In this document: piece by piece, positions 16,089 through 24,181 of the stretch | How positions within the stretch are numbered: the stretch's first letter is position 1 | Layout of the letters: the number at the start of each line of letters is the position of its first letter | NCBI GenBank assembly: GCA_003516025.1 | Contig: CP023991.1 | Span: forward strand, 300,001 to 332,000 | From: Candidatus Saccharimonadota bacterium | GTDB taxonomy: Bacteria > Patescibacteriota > Saccharimonadia > Saccharimonadales > UBA4665 | Length of the DNA: 32,000 nucleotides | Direction: 5' to 3' | The notes under the pieces: model-generated | Database searches by the model: none | What the model was told of the DNA's origin: nothing | The model's input: only the letters and a program-made list of their open reading frames with translations | Position numbers and translations under genes: made by a program

Positions 16089-16295
16089 GCCGCCGCCGGC
16101 CAACAAGTTGCTTCAGGAGCTGTCATAAAGCTATCCGAAGGCTTTATGTATCGCAATGCCAACAAAGGCTGCCTCCTTATCAATAACTGTTTAGTCTGCA
16201 AGGGTAATAAATAGTTATATTGGTTAAATATATGACAGACCTCGTGCCGCATTAGCGGTGTAATAGCCGTAACAATTCACATAGGGAGAAGCATT

Positions 16296-16970
16296 ATGGC
16301 ACGTTCTGACATACAGCAAGACCGCGACATACGGGCGGATATCGAAGAAAAGCGTGCAGCAAAACGCATGGATAGCAGCGCGAAAAACAGTAGTCATACT
16401 GTCGAAGCCGCGATAGTTGATGAAGGTTTGCAACATCGTAAATATGGTGGTTTTCACTTCGGCTCAGCTTTTTTTGGCTGGCTCGTAAGCACGGGTATGG
16501 CGGCTATATTATTATCACTTTTGGCAGCCGCAGGAACGGCAATCGCATTGACGCAGGTTAATGATGCTTCTGATGTGAGCCGGGACGCGGCTAATTCAGT
16601 CGGCCTGGCCAGCGGCATCGTGCTGAGTCTGGCACTTGCCCTGGCTTATTACGCTGGCGGTTATGTGGCTGGCCGTATGGCGCGGTTCGATGGGGCGCGC
16701 CAAGGCGTGGGCGTCTGGATTATCGGTTTGGTCGTTACATTGATTCTTGGAGGTGCCGGCACTGCGCTCGGTGCGAAATATAATGTACTGCAGCAACTGA
16801 ATCTGCCTAATCTGCCGGTCGATGGTAGTACTTTTACGAAGGGCGGTCTCATAACCTCAATCGTAATCCTGCTTATAACACTTCTCGCGGCCATGCTGGG
16901 CGGTAAGGTTGGTGTAAAGTACCACCGTAAGATTGACGCTGCGGGGACGATTGATAACGTAGCGCTGTAA
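16296..16970 (+). CDS. Gly/Ala-rich polytopic membrane protein, hypothetical
   Basis: 224 aa. AGGGAG SD. A charged N-terminus is followed by about 4 TM helices. Confidence 0.55.
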   Translation: MARSDIQQDRDIRADIEEKRAAKRMDSSAKNSSHTVEAAIVDEGLQHRKYGGFHFGSAFFGWLVSTGMAAILLSLLAAAGTAIALTQVNDASDVSRDAANSVGLASGIVLSLALALAYYAGGYVAGRMARFDGARQGVGVWIIGLVVTLILGGAGTALGAKYNVLQQLNLPNLPVDGSTFTKGGLITSIVILLITLLAAMLGGKVGVKYHRKIDAAGTIDNVAL

Positions 16971-17028
16971 ACGCGGGCACAGATATGCGTTTAGCCTAGT
17001 ATGTAAATTATATTTTTTGCCCATTATA

Positions 17029-17073
17029 ACAATATAAATATATTGTAAAACGATAAATGACGTGCTATATTGT
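17029..17073. promoter_or_regulatory. Operator-like palindrome plus a third half-site upstream of the DUF2975-HTH operon
   Basis: ACAATATA-AA-TATATTGT (17029-17046), and TATATTGT again at 17066-17073. Confidence 0.45.
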
Positions 17074-17096
17074 GGTGAATAATATAAGGAAAGCAC

Positions 17097-17579
17097 ATGA
17101 AACGTGGATCAACATTTATTCTCAGAGGCGCAGTTATTGCCATTGGAGCTGTAGTGCTCGCTCTTTGTGTATTCGCCTTACCGGCAATATGGGCGGCGGT
17201 TGCTGAAGAATATCCACACTATACCTATGTGTTTTACGTTATCCTGAGTGCTTTCTATGTTGCTGCGGTGCCGTTCTATGTCGCGCTCTACCAAGCCATG
17301 AAACTTCTCTCGTATATTGATAACGGCAAAGCCTTCACATTGTTTGCGGTAAAGGCACTTAAGCGAATAGCTTATAGCGCGCTGTCTATTAGCGCGGTAT
17401 TTGTGGCGAGTTTGCCATTTTTCTACATCTGGGCCGATAATGACGACGCGCCTGGTCTGGTCATTGTAGGCATGTTCCTTGTCGTAGCGCCGTTCACCAT
17501 CGCGGTATTCGCGGCGCTGTTGCAGCGGCTGTTCCGCGAGGCAATCGAAATTAAAGACGAAAACGATTTAACGGTCTAG
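17097..17579 (+). CDS. DUF2975 family membrane protein
   Basis: 160 aa, 4 TM. It has the usual genomic pairing with a downstream YozG-like HTH gene. Confidence 0.65.
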   Translation: MKRGSTFILRGAVIAIGAVVLALCVFALPAIWAAVAEEYPHYTYVFYVILSAFYVAAVPFYVALYQAMKLLSYIDNGKAFTLFAVKALKRIAYSALSISAVFVASLPFFYIWADNDDAPGLVIVGMFLVVAPFTIAVFAALLQRLFREAIEIKDENDLTV

Positions 17580-17588
17580 GTTACCACT

Positions 17589-17810
17589 ATGGCAATAGTA
17601 ATAAATATCGATGTCATGCTGGCTAAGCGCAAAATGAGCGTTACGGAACTGACCGAGAAGGTGGGCATTACTATGGCCAACTTGTCTATCCTTAAGAACG
17701 GACGGGCTAAAGCGGTGCGTTTATCGACGCTGGAAGCAATTTGTAAAGCGCTCGATTGTCAGCCAGGTGACATTTTGGAATACCAGCCTGATAAGGCTCA
17801 TAAACGGTAA
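17589..17810 (+). CDS. XRE/Cro-type HTH transcriptional regulator (YozG-like)
   Basis: 73 aa. MLAKRKMSVTELTEKVGITMANLSILKNGRAKAVRLSTLEAICKALDCQPGDILEY. Confidence 0.85.
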   Translation: MAIVINIDVMLAKRKMSVTELTEKVGITMANLSILKNGRAKAVRLSTLEAICKALDCQPGDILEYQPDKAHKR

Positions 17811-17861
17811 AAAACACTACATATAGCGTAGTGCGCTTATGTTATAGTACTAATACTTAAC

Positions 17862-17960
17862 AAGCAAAAGCTGGAAGCAGGTGAGATTCCTGCACTGTGC
17901 CGCAACGGTAATGGTCTATGTAGAATATATAGCCTAAGTCCGATACAGCTACTAAACAAG
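17862..17960 (+). promoter_or_regulatory. Cobalamin riboswitch-like aptamer (boundaries approximate)
   Basis: GGAAGCAGGTGAGATTCCTGCAC (17873-17895), GCCGCAACGGTAA (17899-17911), B12-box-like AGTCCGATACAGCT (17937-17950) with CAGCT pairing to AGCTG (17869-17873). An extended -10, TGtTATAGT, lies at 17840-17848. Confidence 0.7.
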
Positions 17961-18040
17961 CCTTCCGAGCAGAAGCACGCGGCCCTATGTGGCGGCCCAT
18001 TGTCTGCTCGCTCGGTAGACAAAGACAGAGGGAACCAACC

Positions 18041-19495
18041 ATGGCCGTCGCAGCCGAAATGCATACTTATGAACCTGATTACCGGCTGGTTGATGCTATT
18101 CCGGAAGCGTATCAGCAGCGGCAGGCAGTGCGCGTGCAGGCCGAAGCGGTACTAGAGGAACGCCGCGACCGAATGACGGCTGGCGAAGTAATGGTGTCGG
18201 TCGATGTCTTGTCGACTGCTCACCGGGTGCTTGCTGCCGGAAGATGGTACGGCCAGGGAAGTCCGCAACAAATCGAGCTATTTGAAGGTTTGAAACTAGA
18301 TAGCCACCGCGCTTTAGCCGAATGGTACCGTAAAAACACCGCGGAATATTTCCCGCCTGAACGTCATACTTTCGACGACGCGACGCGGGATTTTTATTCT
18401 AATGGATTGTCGACCGGCCGGATGACCGAAAACGGCATCGTGCCAATTCCGGACAGTCCCGAAGATGAAGCCCGCCGCGTTAACGAGCATGTCGAAGAAC
18501 GTACGCCGCAGATACTCCGCAGCCTGGGCTGCGTTGCTATTGGTACCGACAAAATCAGGACAGTTTCCGAATGTACCGATAAGGCGATTGTCGATTATAA
18601 CGATGATGTGGCTGCCAAACGGCCAGCACGGAGTTCGGGCGGACAAGTGCCGAAAATCGCCAAGCTGATGATACGGGACATGGGCTTTGACGCCGATAGC
18701 AGCGACCGGTTCCAGGAGCAGGTCGCCATTAGCGGGTTGCTGGTAACGCATGAGATTATCCAAAAGACCCTGGAACGCGCCGGATTAGCCGTAGCTCATA
18801 TGGATAAAACTGAACTGCACGCCGCCCAAATACTGGCCCGCGATGACCTGATGGATTTTATACGCCGCCTCGATACTGTTGCTAGCGAGGAATGGTGTAC
18901 CAGCGTATTCATGGGCGAGCAAGTCTCGCAGGACCACCCCAAGAATTATGAGACGTTCCGCCAGGAGGCGCTGCGCCGGCAGGAGGGTTTGTGGGACATA
19001 GCTGAAACTGTCGCCCAGTTTGTGCTCGATCTGGCCCGCGACAATGTAGACAGGCGCGCTGCTCCGGCTATGGTAGAAAAGTTCATCAAATTGCAATTAC
19101 TGGAGCTGGGCAAGGAAAGTACCGAAATTGCCGAACATATGTTCGACCGAGAAACAGCCCAAGGGCTGCAGGAAGTCGCGCGCCTGGAGTCAATCGGCAA
19201 GCAGGAGCTGGCCTTTGAACTGATGCGGCTGGTAACCGAAGCCGCGCCGAACGATGGCTACTGCGGGGCGGGCAGCTGCGGCCTTGAAGCGGTTAACGTA
19301 TATAGCGAATCGGGTCAGGCCCTGGCAAAAAAAGTTGGTGCCGCGCCTGGTGATATCGTGGTGCGTGATACCGAACGCCGCTGCCGCTGCGGCAAAAAGG
19401 CCATTGTTTACTCCTATACTACAACGCGGGTTAATAAGTACTGCACGGCATGCACGGCGTTCGAGTCCAAGGTATCGGTGGCGGCTACTGCTTAA
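18041..19495 (+). CDS. Hypothetical cytoplasmic protein with a C-terminal Cys cluster (function unknown)
   Basis: ATG at 18041 with GAGGGA SD 7 nt upstream. The track start at 17987 lies inside the leader. 484 aa with no TM or signal peptide. The C-terminus has Cx4C...CxC...CxxC (GYCGAGSCG, RCRCGKK, KYCTACT). Confidence 0.6.
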   Translation: MAVAAEMHTYEPDYRLVDAIPEAYQQRQAVRVQAEAVLEERRDRMTAGEVMVSVDVLSTAHRVLAAGRWYGQGSPQQIELFEGLKLDSHRALAEWYRKNTAEYFPPERHTFDDATRDFYSNGLSTGRMTENGIVPIPDSPEDEARRVNEHVEERTPQILRSLGCVAIGTDKIRTVSECTDKAIVDYNDDVAAKRPARSSGGQVPKIAKLMIRDMGFDADSSDRFQEQVAISGLLVTHEIIQKTLERAGLAVAHMDKTELHAAQILARDDLMDFIRRLDTVASEEWCTSVFMGEQVSQDHPKNYETFRQEALRRQEGLWDIAETVAQFVLDLARDNVDRRAAPAMVEKFIKLQLLELGKESTEIAEHMFDRETAQGLQEVARLESIGKQELAFELMRLVTEAAPNDGYCGAGSCGLEAVNVYSESGQALAKKVGAAPGDIVVRDTERRCRCGKKAIVYSYTTTRVNKYCTACTAFESKVSVAATA

Positions 19496-19523
19496 ATTAC
19501 TACATTTATGTTAGTGTAAATGC

Positions 19524-20486
19524 ATGTCTACCAGTGATAAAACGGTACTTTCGGTAGTTATTCCGGTACATAACGAAGCGGACAATATACAGCCGCTCTA
19601 TATGGTGCTTGATCCCGTTCTCAAACACGTGTCAAAAAATGCCTATGAAATCATTTTTGTTGACGATGGCAGCCACGACAGTACTGCGCGCGTAATCGCT
19701 GATCTGCACGGCATGAACGGGCGCGTCAAGCTGCTGAGTTTGTCTAAGAACTTCGGCAAGGAAATCGCCCTGGCAGCCGGCATAGCCGCGGCTTCGGGAG
19801 AGGCGATTATCCTAATGGATGGCGATGGACAGCATCCCGTAGACCGCATTCCTGATTTGGTATCAGCCTGGAAGCAGGGCTGGCAAGTGGTAGTTGGTGT
19901 ACGGACACATAACAGGAACGAAGGCCTGGTTAAGAAATATGGTTCTAAATTGTTTTACGCTCTGTTCAACCGCCTGTCTGGACAGCGGATGGTACCTGGT
20001 TCCAGTGATTTCCGGCTTATTGACCGCGCGGTACAGCAGGAGTTTATAAAACTGAACGAGCCGCAATCGATTACGCGCGGCCTGATCGATTGGCTTGGTT
20101 TTAAACGCGCCTATGTCACGTATGCTGCCCATCCGCGGATGCATGGCCCGGCGTCCTACACTTTTCGTAACCTCAGTAAATTAGCTGCCCACAGTTTCGT
20201 ATCGTTGTCGCCCGCGCCGCTCTACGCTTTCGGCTATCTCGGGCTGGCCATTACCGGAGTATCATTCGTCCTTGGCCTGGCGGTACTGATAGAGCAAATA
20301 ATACTTAATGATCCGCTCAGCTGGGACTTTACCGGTACCGCTATGCTTAGCATACTCGTGCTATTCCTGGTTGGGTTAACTCTTGTGTCGCAAGGTGTAC
20401 TGGCGCTCTATATTTCGTACATCCACACCCAAAGCAAAGGCCGGCCGCTGTATGTTGTTAACCACCGCGAATCGCGCGGCCTGTAG
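19524..20486 (+). CDS. GT2 polyprenol-phosphate glycosyltransferase (ArnC/GtrB/DPM1-like)
   Basis: 320 aa. LSVVIPVHNEADNI, VDDGSHDST, NFGKEIALAAGIAAASGEAIILMDGDGQHP, and two C-terminal TM helices. Confidence 0.85.
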   Translation: MSTSDKTVLSVVIPVHNEADNIQPLYMVLDPVLKHVSKNAYEIIFVDDGSHDSTARVIADLHGMNGRVKLLSLSKNFGKEIALAAGIAAASGEAIILMDGDGQHPVDRIPDLVSAWKQGWQVVVGVRTHNRNEGLVKKYGSKLFYALFNRLSGQRMVPGSSDFRLIDRAVQQEFIKLNEPQSITRGLIDWLGFKRAYVTYAAHPRMHGPASYTFRNLSKLAAHSFVSLSPAPLYAFGYLGLAITGVSFVLGLAVLIEQIILNDPLSWDFTGTAMLSILVLFLVGLTLVSQGVLALYISYIHTQSKGRPLYVVNHRESRGL

Positions 20487-20574
20487 CGGCTTAATCTGTA
20501 CTTTGGGGTACCGGCTCAGTTATACTTAAGGGCAATGTACAGCACTCTTATGTAATGGGTTCTTACTGATTTTT

Positions 20575-23220
20575 ATGCCGCGCACCAAACTAACCGATCA
20601 AGCTACATCAACCACAGCCAAAAAGGCCCGGAAATCGTCTGGACGGTCTTCGTCGCAGTCTCAGGCCGAAGTTGTAGCTAAGGAAGCCCCTGCCGGTTGG
20701 CGGCAACGGATTAGTGGCCTGCTGCGGTCTGGCCGCTTTCAAAAAATCTTTGCCTGGACGAGTTTCGGTGTACTGATGCTTACCTCGGTATTCTGGGCGG
20801 TGCTGGGAGCCCGGCTGCATGAAAATAATGCCGACCAGTTTATCGACGCCTACTTGTTTGACGACGCAAGTACCTTTACGAACGCGCTTTTTCCAGGCGC
20901 GCATACTTTTCTGATTAAGTGGCCGGTATTTTTGCTGATGCAATTATACGGGTATCACACCTTTGTGTTTATGGCGGCTACTGTCCTTATGGTATTGCCA
21001 ACGGTTGCCCTGTTGGCTTACCTGATCCGAAAAATCGATCCCCGGCCGGTCGTGTTTGGTGTGGTATGTCTCGCCCTGTCCCTGGTCTTGCTGCTGGTAC
21101 CGGCTCAACCATATCCAGGAGCGCTGTTACCAGCTAACTTTGCGATGACAACTACCCGTAACCTGGAGTATGCCTTGTTTGTCTGGTGTCTGTACAGGTT
21201 CGTGTCTGCCCGTCCACATATTCGCCAGTGGACATTCTGGCTTCTCGCCGGCCTGATGGCCTTGGTTATTGCCAGTGATAAGCTGTTCGCCGTTCTCTTA
21301 CTGGGCGGCGCGGCGGCTGCTCTGGTTGGTTATGCCGGCGTGTTGCGCCGCCGATACGAACTGCGGACTATTCTGCGGTTAGGCGTGCTGGGGATAATGG
21401 CCTTCGCGCTAGCGAACGTGCTGCTGCTGGTACTGTCGCGTACCGGACTGACGAACATCGTTAATGAGGGCAGTACCTCGCCCTATCCGCTCGTACATTC
21501 CGCAGGCCAACTCGCTCAAGGGTTGCTCTACGCTGCTGGCGCTCTGCTCACTAATATGGGTGCCAATCCAATCCATGACAACCTGGTCGTTCGTGACATT
21601 CCGGCCGCGCTGCTGCAAAGCATAATGAGACCGAGTTTTATCGCCTACTTCGCTAACTTTTTAGTGGCTGTAGCGGGTCTGTACGCTATTGTCCGCGTAA
21701 TCCTCAGCCGCACCTCGGATGCCCCCACTCGCCTAACGGTACTGCTCTGCGGCTCCACACTGGCAGCTTTAGCCGTTTTTGCGTTAACCGACCATTATTA
21801 TCCGGTTGACGCCCGCTATGTCGCCATTGAATTGTTCGCTGTATTTATCGCACTGGCCACCTACACGCGCGGCCGTCAGCTGCGGGGCAGGGCAATTATG
21901 GCGTTGTCCGGGCTGCTTGTGCTGCTCCTGCCAATTGGTATGGCTCAGGCATGGCATGAATATCAGCTAGGTAGTAACGCGACGGCCGCTGATACGAGCC
22001 GGACAGTAACAATTGCCAAAATTTTAGACCGCAATCATATTTCACGGCTACTCGGAGATTACTGGAAAATCACGCCGGTAAAATCACGCACGGCGACTAA
22101 CATCACTGTGGCGCCGGTTGATGACTGCCAGACGCCGCACCCGGTGCTTAACAGCAAAGCCTGGTTTACTATGCCCAAATCGACGCCTTCCGCGCTGTTA
22201 CTGCAGCGTGACGGTACCGATGAAGCTACGTTTAACGGCTGTAGTCTGGCTCGCATTGCCACCTTGTACGGCGCACCGACCGACCGGGTTGTTTTAGATA
22301 GTAATCCGCAGCCACCTTATTTGGCCCAAACGATGCTCTTATTGTACGGGAATGGGACTGAGCCGCTGTCTGAGCAGAAGGCTGCCGATACGCCCAAACC
22401 TCTGGCGGCTCCTGTGGTCGCGGCGCTCCGCGAAACCGGTAACTGTACCGAAACCTCCCTGAACGTTGTCGCCCATCAGGACGATGACCTCTTATTTATG
22501 AATCCCGATATCCTGGGTGATATCGCGGCAGGCCGCTGTATCCGGACAGTCTACGTAACCGCTGGTGATGCCGGCGCGGGCCGTGCCTACTGGCAAAGCC
22601 GCGACATGGGCGCGCGGGCGGCGTATGCCGATATGTACAATGTGCCGAGCGTGTGGCACGAAGAACGGCAGCAATTGAACGGCCGCTTCGTGACTGTCGC
22701 GACGCTCGAAGGCAGGCCTAACGTATCATTGGTGTTCCTGCATTTGCCGGACGGAAACCCCGAAGGTAGCGGTTTCGCGGTGAGTAACCACGAAAACCTG
22801 GCAGCCCTAACCAGTGGCGCCATACACGAGATGCATAACGTAGAAGATGGCAGCAGCTACACCAAAGACCAACTGGTAAGTGATCTAAAGACGATTATGG
22901 ATGTAGATGCCCCAACCGTTATTCGCAGCCAGGGATCTGATAACGCGTTCGACGGCGACCATAGCGATCACCATGCTGTCGGCCAGCTAACGGAGCTGGC
23001 GCGCCAGGAGTACAATAACGGGCCGCAAGTTGTGCGCTACATTGGCTATCCCAATAAGGTCTGGCCAGTTAACCTTACGGACGATCAGGTGACCCTAAAG
23101 GAACGGGCATTCTTGGCCTACGCCAAATTTGACGGCGCTGTCTGCCAGTCGGCCTTTGACTGTCAGCAGACGTATACCTACGGCAATTATTTGATCCGCC
23201 AGTATTCAAGCCAGCCATAA
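20575..23220 (+). CDS. Polytopic membrane protein (GT-C/PMT_2-like N-terminal half, inferred) fused to a PIG-L/LmbE-family deacetylase domain
   Basis: 881 aa. About 12 hydrophobic helices lie between residues about 55 and 460, with an acidic first loop (ENNADQFIDAYLFDD). The C-terminal domain has VVAHQDDDLLFMNPD...VYVTAGDAG and DGDHSDHHAVG, which are PIG-L zinc-site motifs. Confidence 0.7.
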   Translation: MPRTKLTDQATSTTAKKARKSSGRSSSQSQAEVVAKEAPAGWRQRISGLLRSGRFQKIFAWTSFGVLMLTSVFWAVLGARLHENNADQFIDAYLFDDASTFTNALFPGAHTFLIKWPVFLLMQLYGYHTFVFMAATVLMVLPTVALLAYLIRKIDPRPVVFGVVCLALSLVLLLVPAQPYPGALLPANFAMTTTRNLEYALFVWCLYRFVSARPHIRQWTFWLLAGLMALVIASDKLFAVLLLGGAAAALVGYAGVLRRRYELRTILRLGVLGIMAFALANVLLLVLSRTGLTNIVNEGSTSPYPLVHSAGQLAQGLLYAAGALLTNMGANPIHDNLVVRDIPAALLQSIMRPSFIAYFANFLVAVAGLYAIVRVILSRTSDAPTRLTVLLCGSTLAALAVFALTDHYYPVDARYVAIELFAVFIALATYTRGRQLRGRAIMALSGLLVLLLPIGMAQAWHEYQLGSNATAADTSRTVTIAKILDRNHISRLLGDYWKITPVKSRTATNITVAPVDDCQTPHPVLNSKAWFTMPKSTPSALLLQRDGTDEATFNGCSLARIATLYGAPTDRVVLDSNPQPPYLAQTMLLLYGNGTEPLSEQKAADTPKPLAAPVVAALRETGNCTETSLNVVAHQDDDLLFMNPDILGDIAAGRCIRTVYVTAGDAGAGRAYWQSRDMGARAAYADMYNVPSVWHEERQQLNGRFVTVATLEGRPNVSLVFLHLPDGNPEGSGFAVSNHENLAALTSGAIHEMHNVEDGSSYTKDQLVSDLKTIMDVDAPTVIRSQGSDNAFDGDHSDHHAVGQLTELARQEYNNGPQVVRYIGYPNKVWPVNLTDDQVTLKERAFLAYAKFDGAVCQSAFDCQQTYTYGNYLIRQYSSQP

Positions 23221-23231
23221 TTTTGTTTTTG

Positions 23232-23321
23232 TTAGTGCGTATCGCGCAGGTGAGTATGGCGTTCTTTTAGTGTAGTGTCTATTTTGGCGATTATTTGTTC
23301 GATAGTCATGTGTTTTTGCAT
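23232..23321 (-). CDS. Candidate small ORF (29 aa)
   Basis: Below the ORF-track cutoff. Minus strand AAAGGAGAAATAAACG-ATG gives MQKHMTIEQIIAKIDTTLKERHTHLRDTH*. The AAGGAG SD has good spacing. Confidence 0.35.
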   Translation of the reverse strand: MQKHMTIEQIIAKIDTTLKERHTHLRDTH

Positions 23322-23438
23322 CGTTTATTTCTCCTTTGGTTTTGTGTGGGTGGACGTTTGTTTCTTGAGACTAAACACGAGTATAATGCCCGAAATGTAC
23401 CCTAGCTGTCATATTTCTTACTTTATGCGATTTTCGGG

Positions 23439-23444
23439 TATAAT
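23439..23444 (+). promoter_or_regulatory. TATAAT -10 box upstream of the tRNA-Cys/tRNA-Leu pair
   Basis: TATAAT lies 45 nt before tRNA-Cys. A second TATAAT at 23382-23387 has TTGTTT 18 nt upstream. Confidence 0.35.
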
Positions 23445-23489
23445 GGGATGGTCTCGCACGGATATGCGCGTGTTGGTCAATTAACTCAG

Positions 23490-23563
23490 GGCGCCTTGGC
23501 GGAGCAGTTACGCAGCGGTCTGCAAAACCGCGTAGACGGGTGCAACTCCCGTAGGTGCCTCCA
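23490..23563 (+). tRNA. tRNA-Cys (GCA), CCA encoded, discriminator U
   Basis: GGCGCCT/AGGTGCC acceptor (one G-T pair), GCGGT-CTGCAAA-ACCGC anticodon arm, ACGGG-TGCAACT-CCCGT T arm. 74 nt. Confidence 0.85.
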
Positions 23564-23572
23564 AACAATTTA

Positions 23573-23660
23573 GGGCGAGTGGCGGAATTGGTATACGCGG
23601 CGGACTTAAAATCCGCTGGCCTTAACAGCCTTGAGGGTTCGAGTCCCTCCTCGCCCACCA
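23573..23660 (+). tRNA. tRNA-Leu (UAA), long variable arm, CCA encoded
   Basis: GGGCGAG/CTCGCCC acceptor, GCGGA-CTTAAAA-TCCGC anticodon arm, 16-nt variable arm, GAGGG-TTCGAGT-CCCTC T arm. 88 nt. Confidence 0.95.
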
Positions 23661-23704
23661 CTGATTCTTGCTATTATTTTTGTGTACCTAAGGGGGTTGC
23701 GACA

Positions 23705-24136
23705 ATGGAAACCAATGCTAACCACGATAATTGCCCATTTTGTAACCTCGATGACCGTATCCTTAAGCAGAACGACTATGCCCAAGTATTTTTGAGCGAC
23801 CCGCATAAAGTTGCCGGCCATTTACTGGTTACGCCCAAACGCCACGTCGAAAAGCCATGGGAGTTAACTAATCTGGAACTAACAGCTATTTTTGACCTCA
23901 TTTTCTGGATAGAGCAGAAGCTTATCGGCAAACTGGGTGATGGCTTCGACATCCGCCAGAACTACCGCCCGTTCGTTAATCAGAATCGTTTGAAGGTGAA
24001 CCACACGCATTTTCATGTTATCCCACGCTCTGAGGGTGACTATATTTATGAAATTTCCGAGCAGTACGAAAAAGATCTGTTCGTTGAACTCGACGACATG
24101 GAACGCGACGCCGTCGCCGATATGCTGAAAGACTAA
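23705..24136 (+). CDS. HIT (histidine triad) family protein
   Basis: ATG at 23705 (METNANHDNCPFC...). The track ORF start at 23555 overlaps the tRNAs. Histidine triad VNHTHFHVIPR. Confidence 0.85.
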   Translation: METNANHDNCPFCNLDDRILKQNDYAQVFLSDPHKVAGHLLVTPKRHVEKPWELTNLELTAIFDLIFWIEQKLIGKLGDGFDIRQNYRPFVNQNRLKVNHTHFHVIPRSEGDYIYEISEQYEKDLFVELDDMERDAVADMLKD

Positions 24137-24181
24137 TCCTAAGCGGTGGCATAAAAATCTTTTAAGGGGTAGACTAGGAGG

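Noticed and set aside
17837-18064. Minus-strand ORFs 17837-18064 and 17857-18042, and the upstream start at 17987 of the plus-strand ORF.
   Set aside because: They overlap the riboswitch-like leader. The ATG at 18041 has a proper SD, whereas 17987 does not.
23371-23704. ORF 23371-23661 (minus strand) and the first 50 codons of ORF 23555-24136.
   Set aside because: Both run through tRNA-Cys and tRNA-Leu. The HIT gene starts at the internal ATG at 23705.
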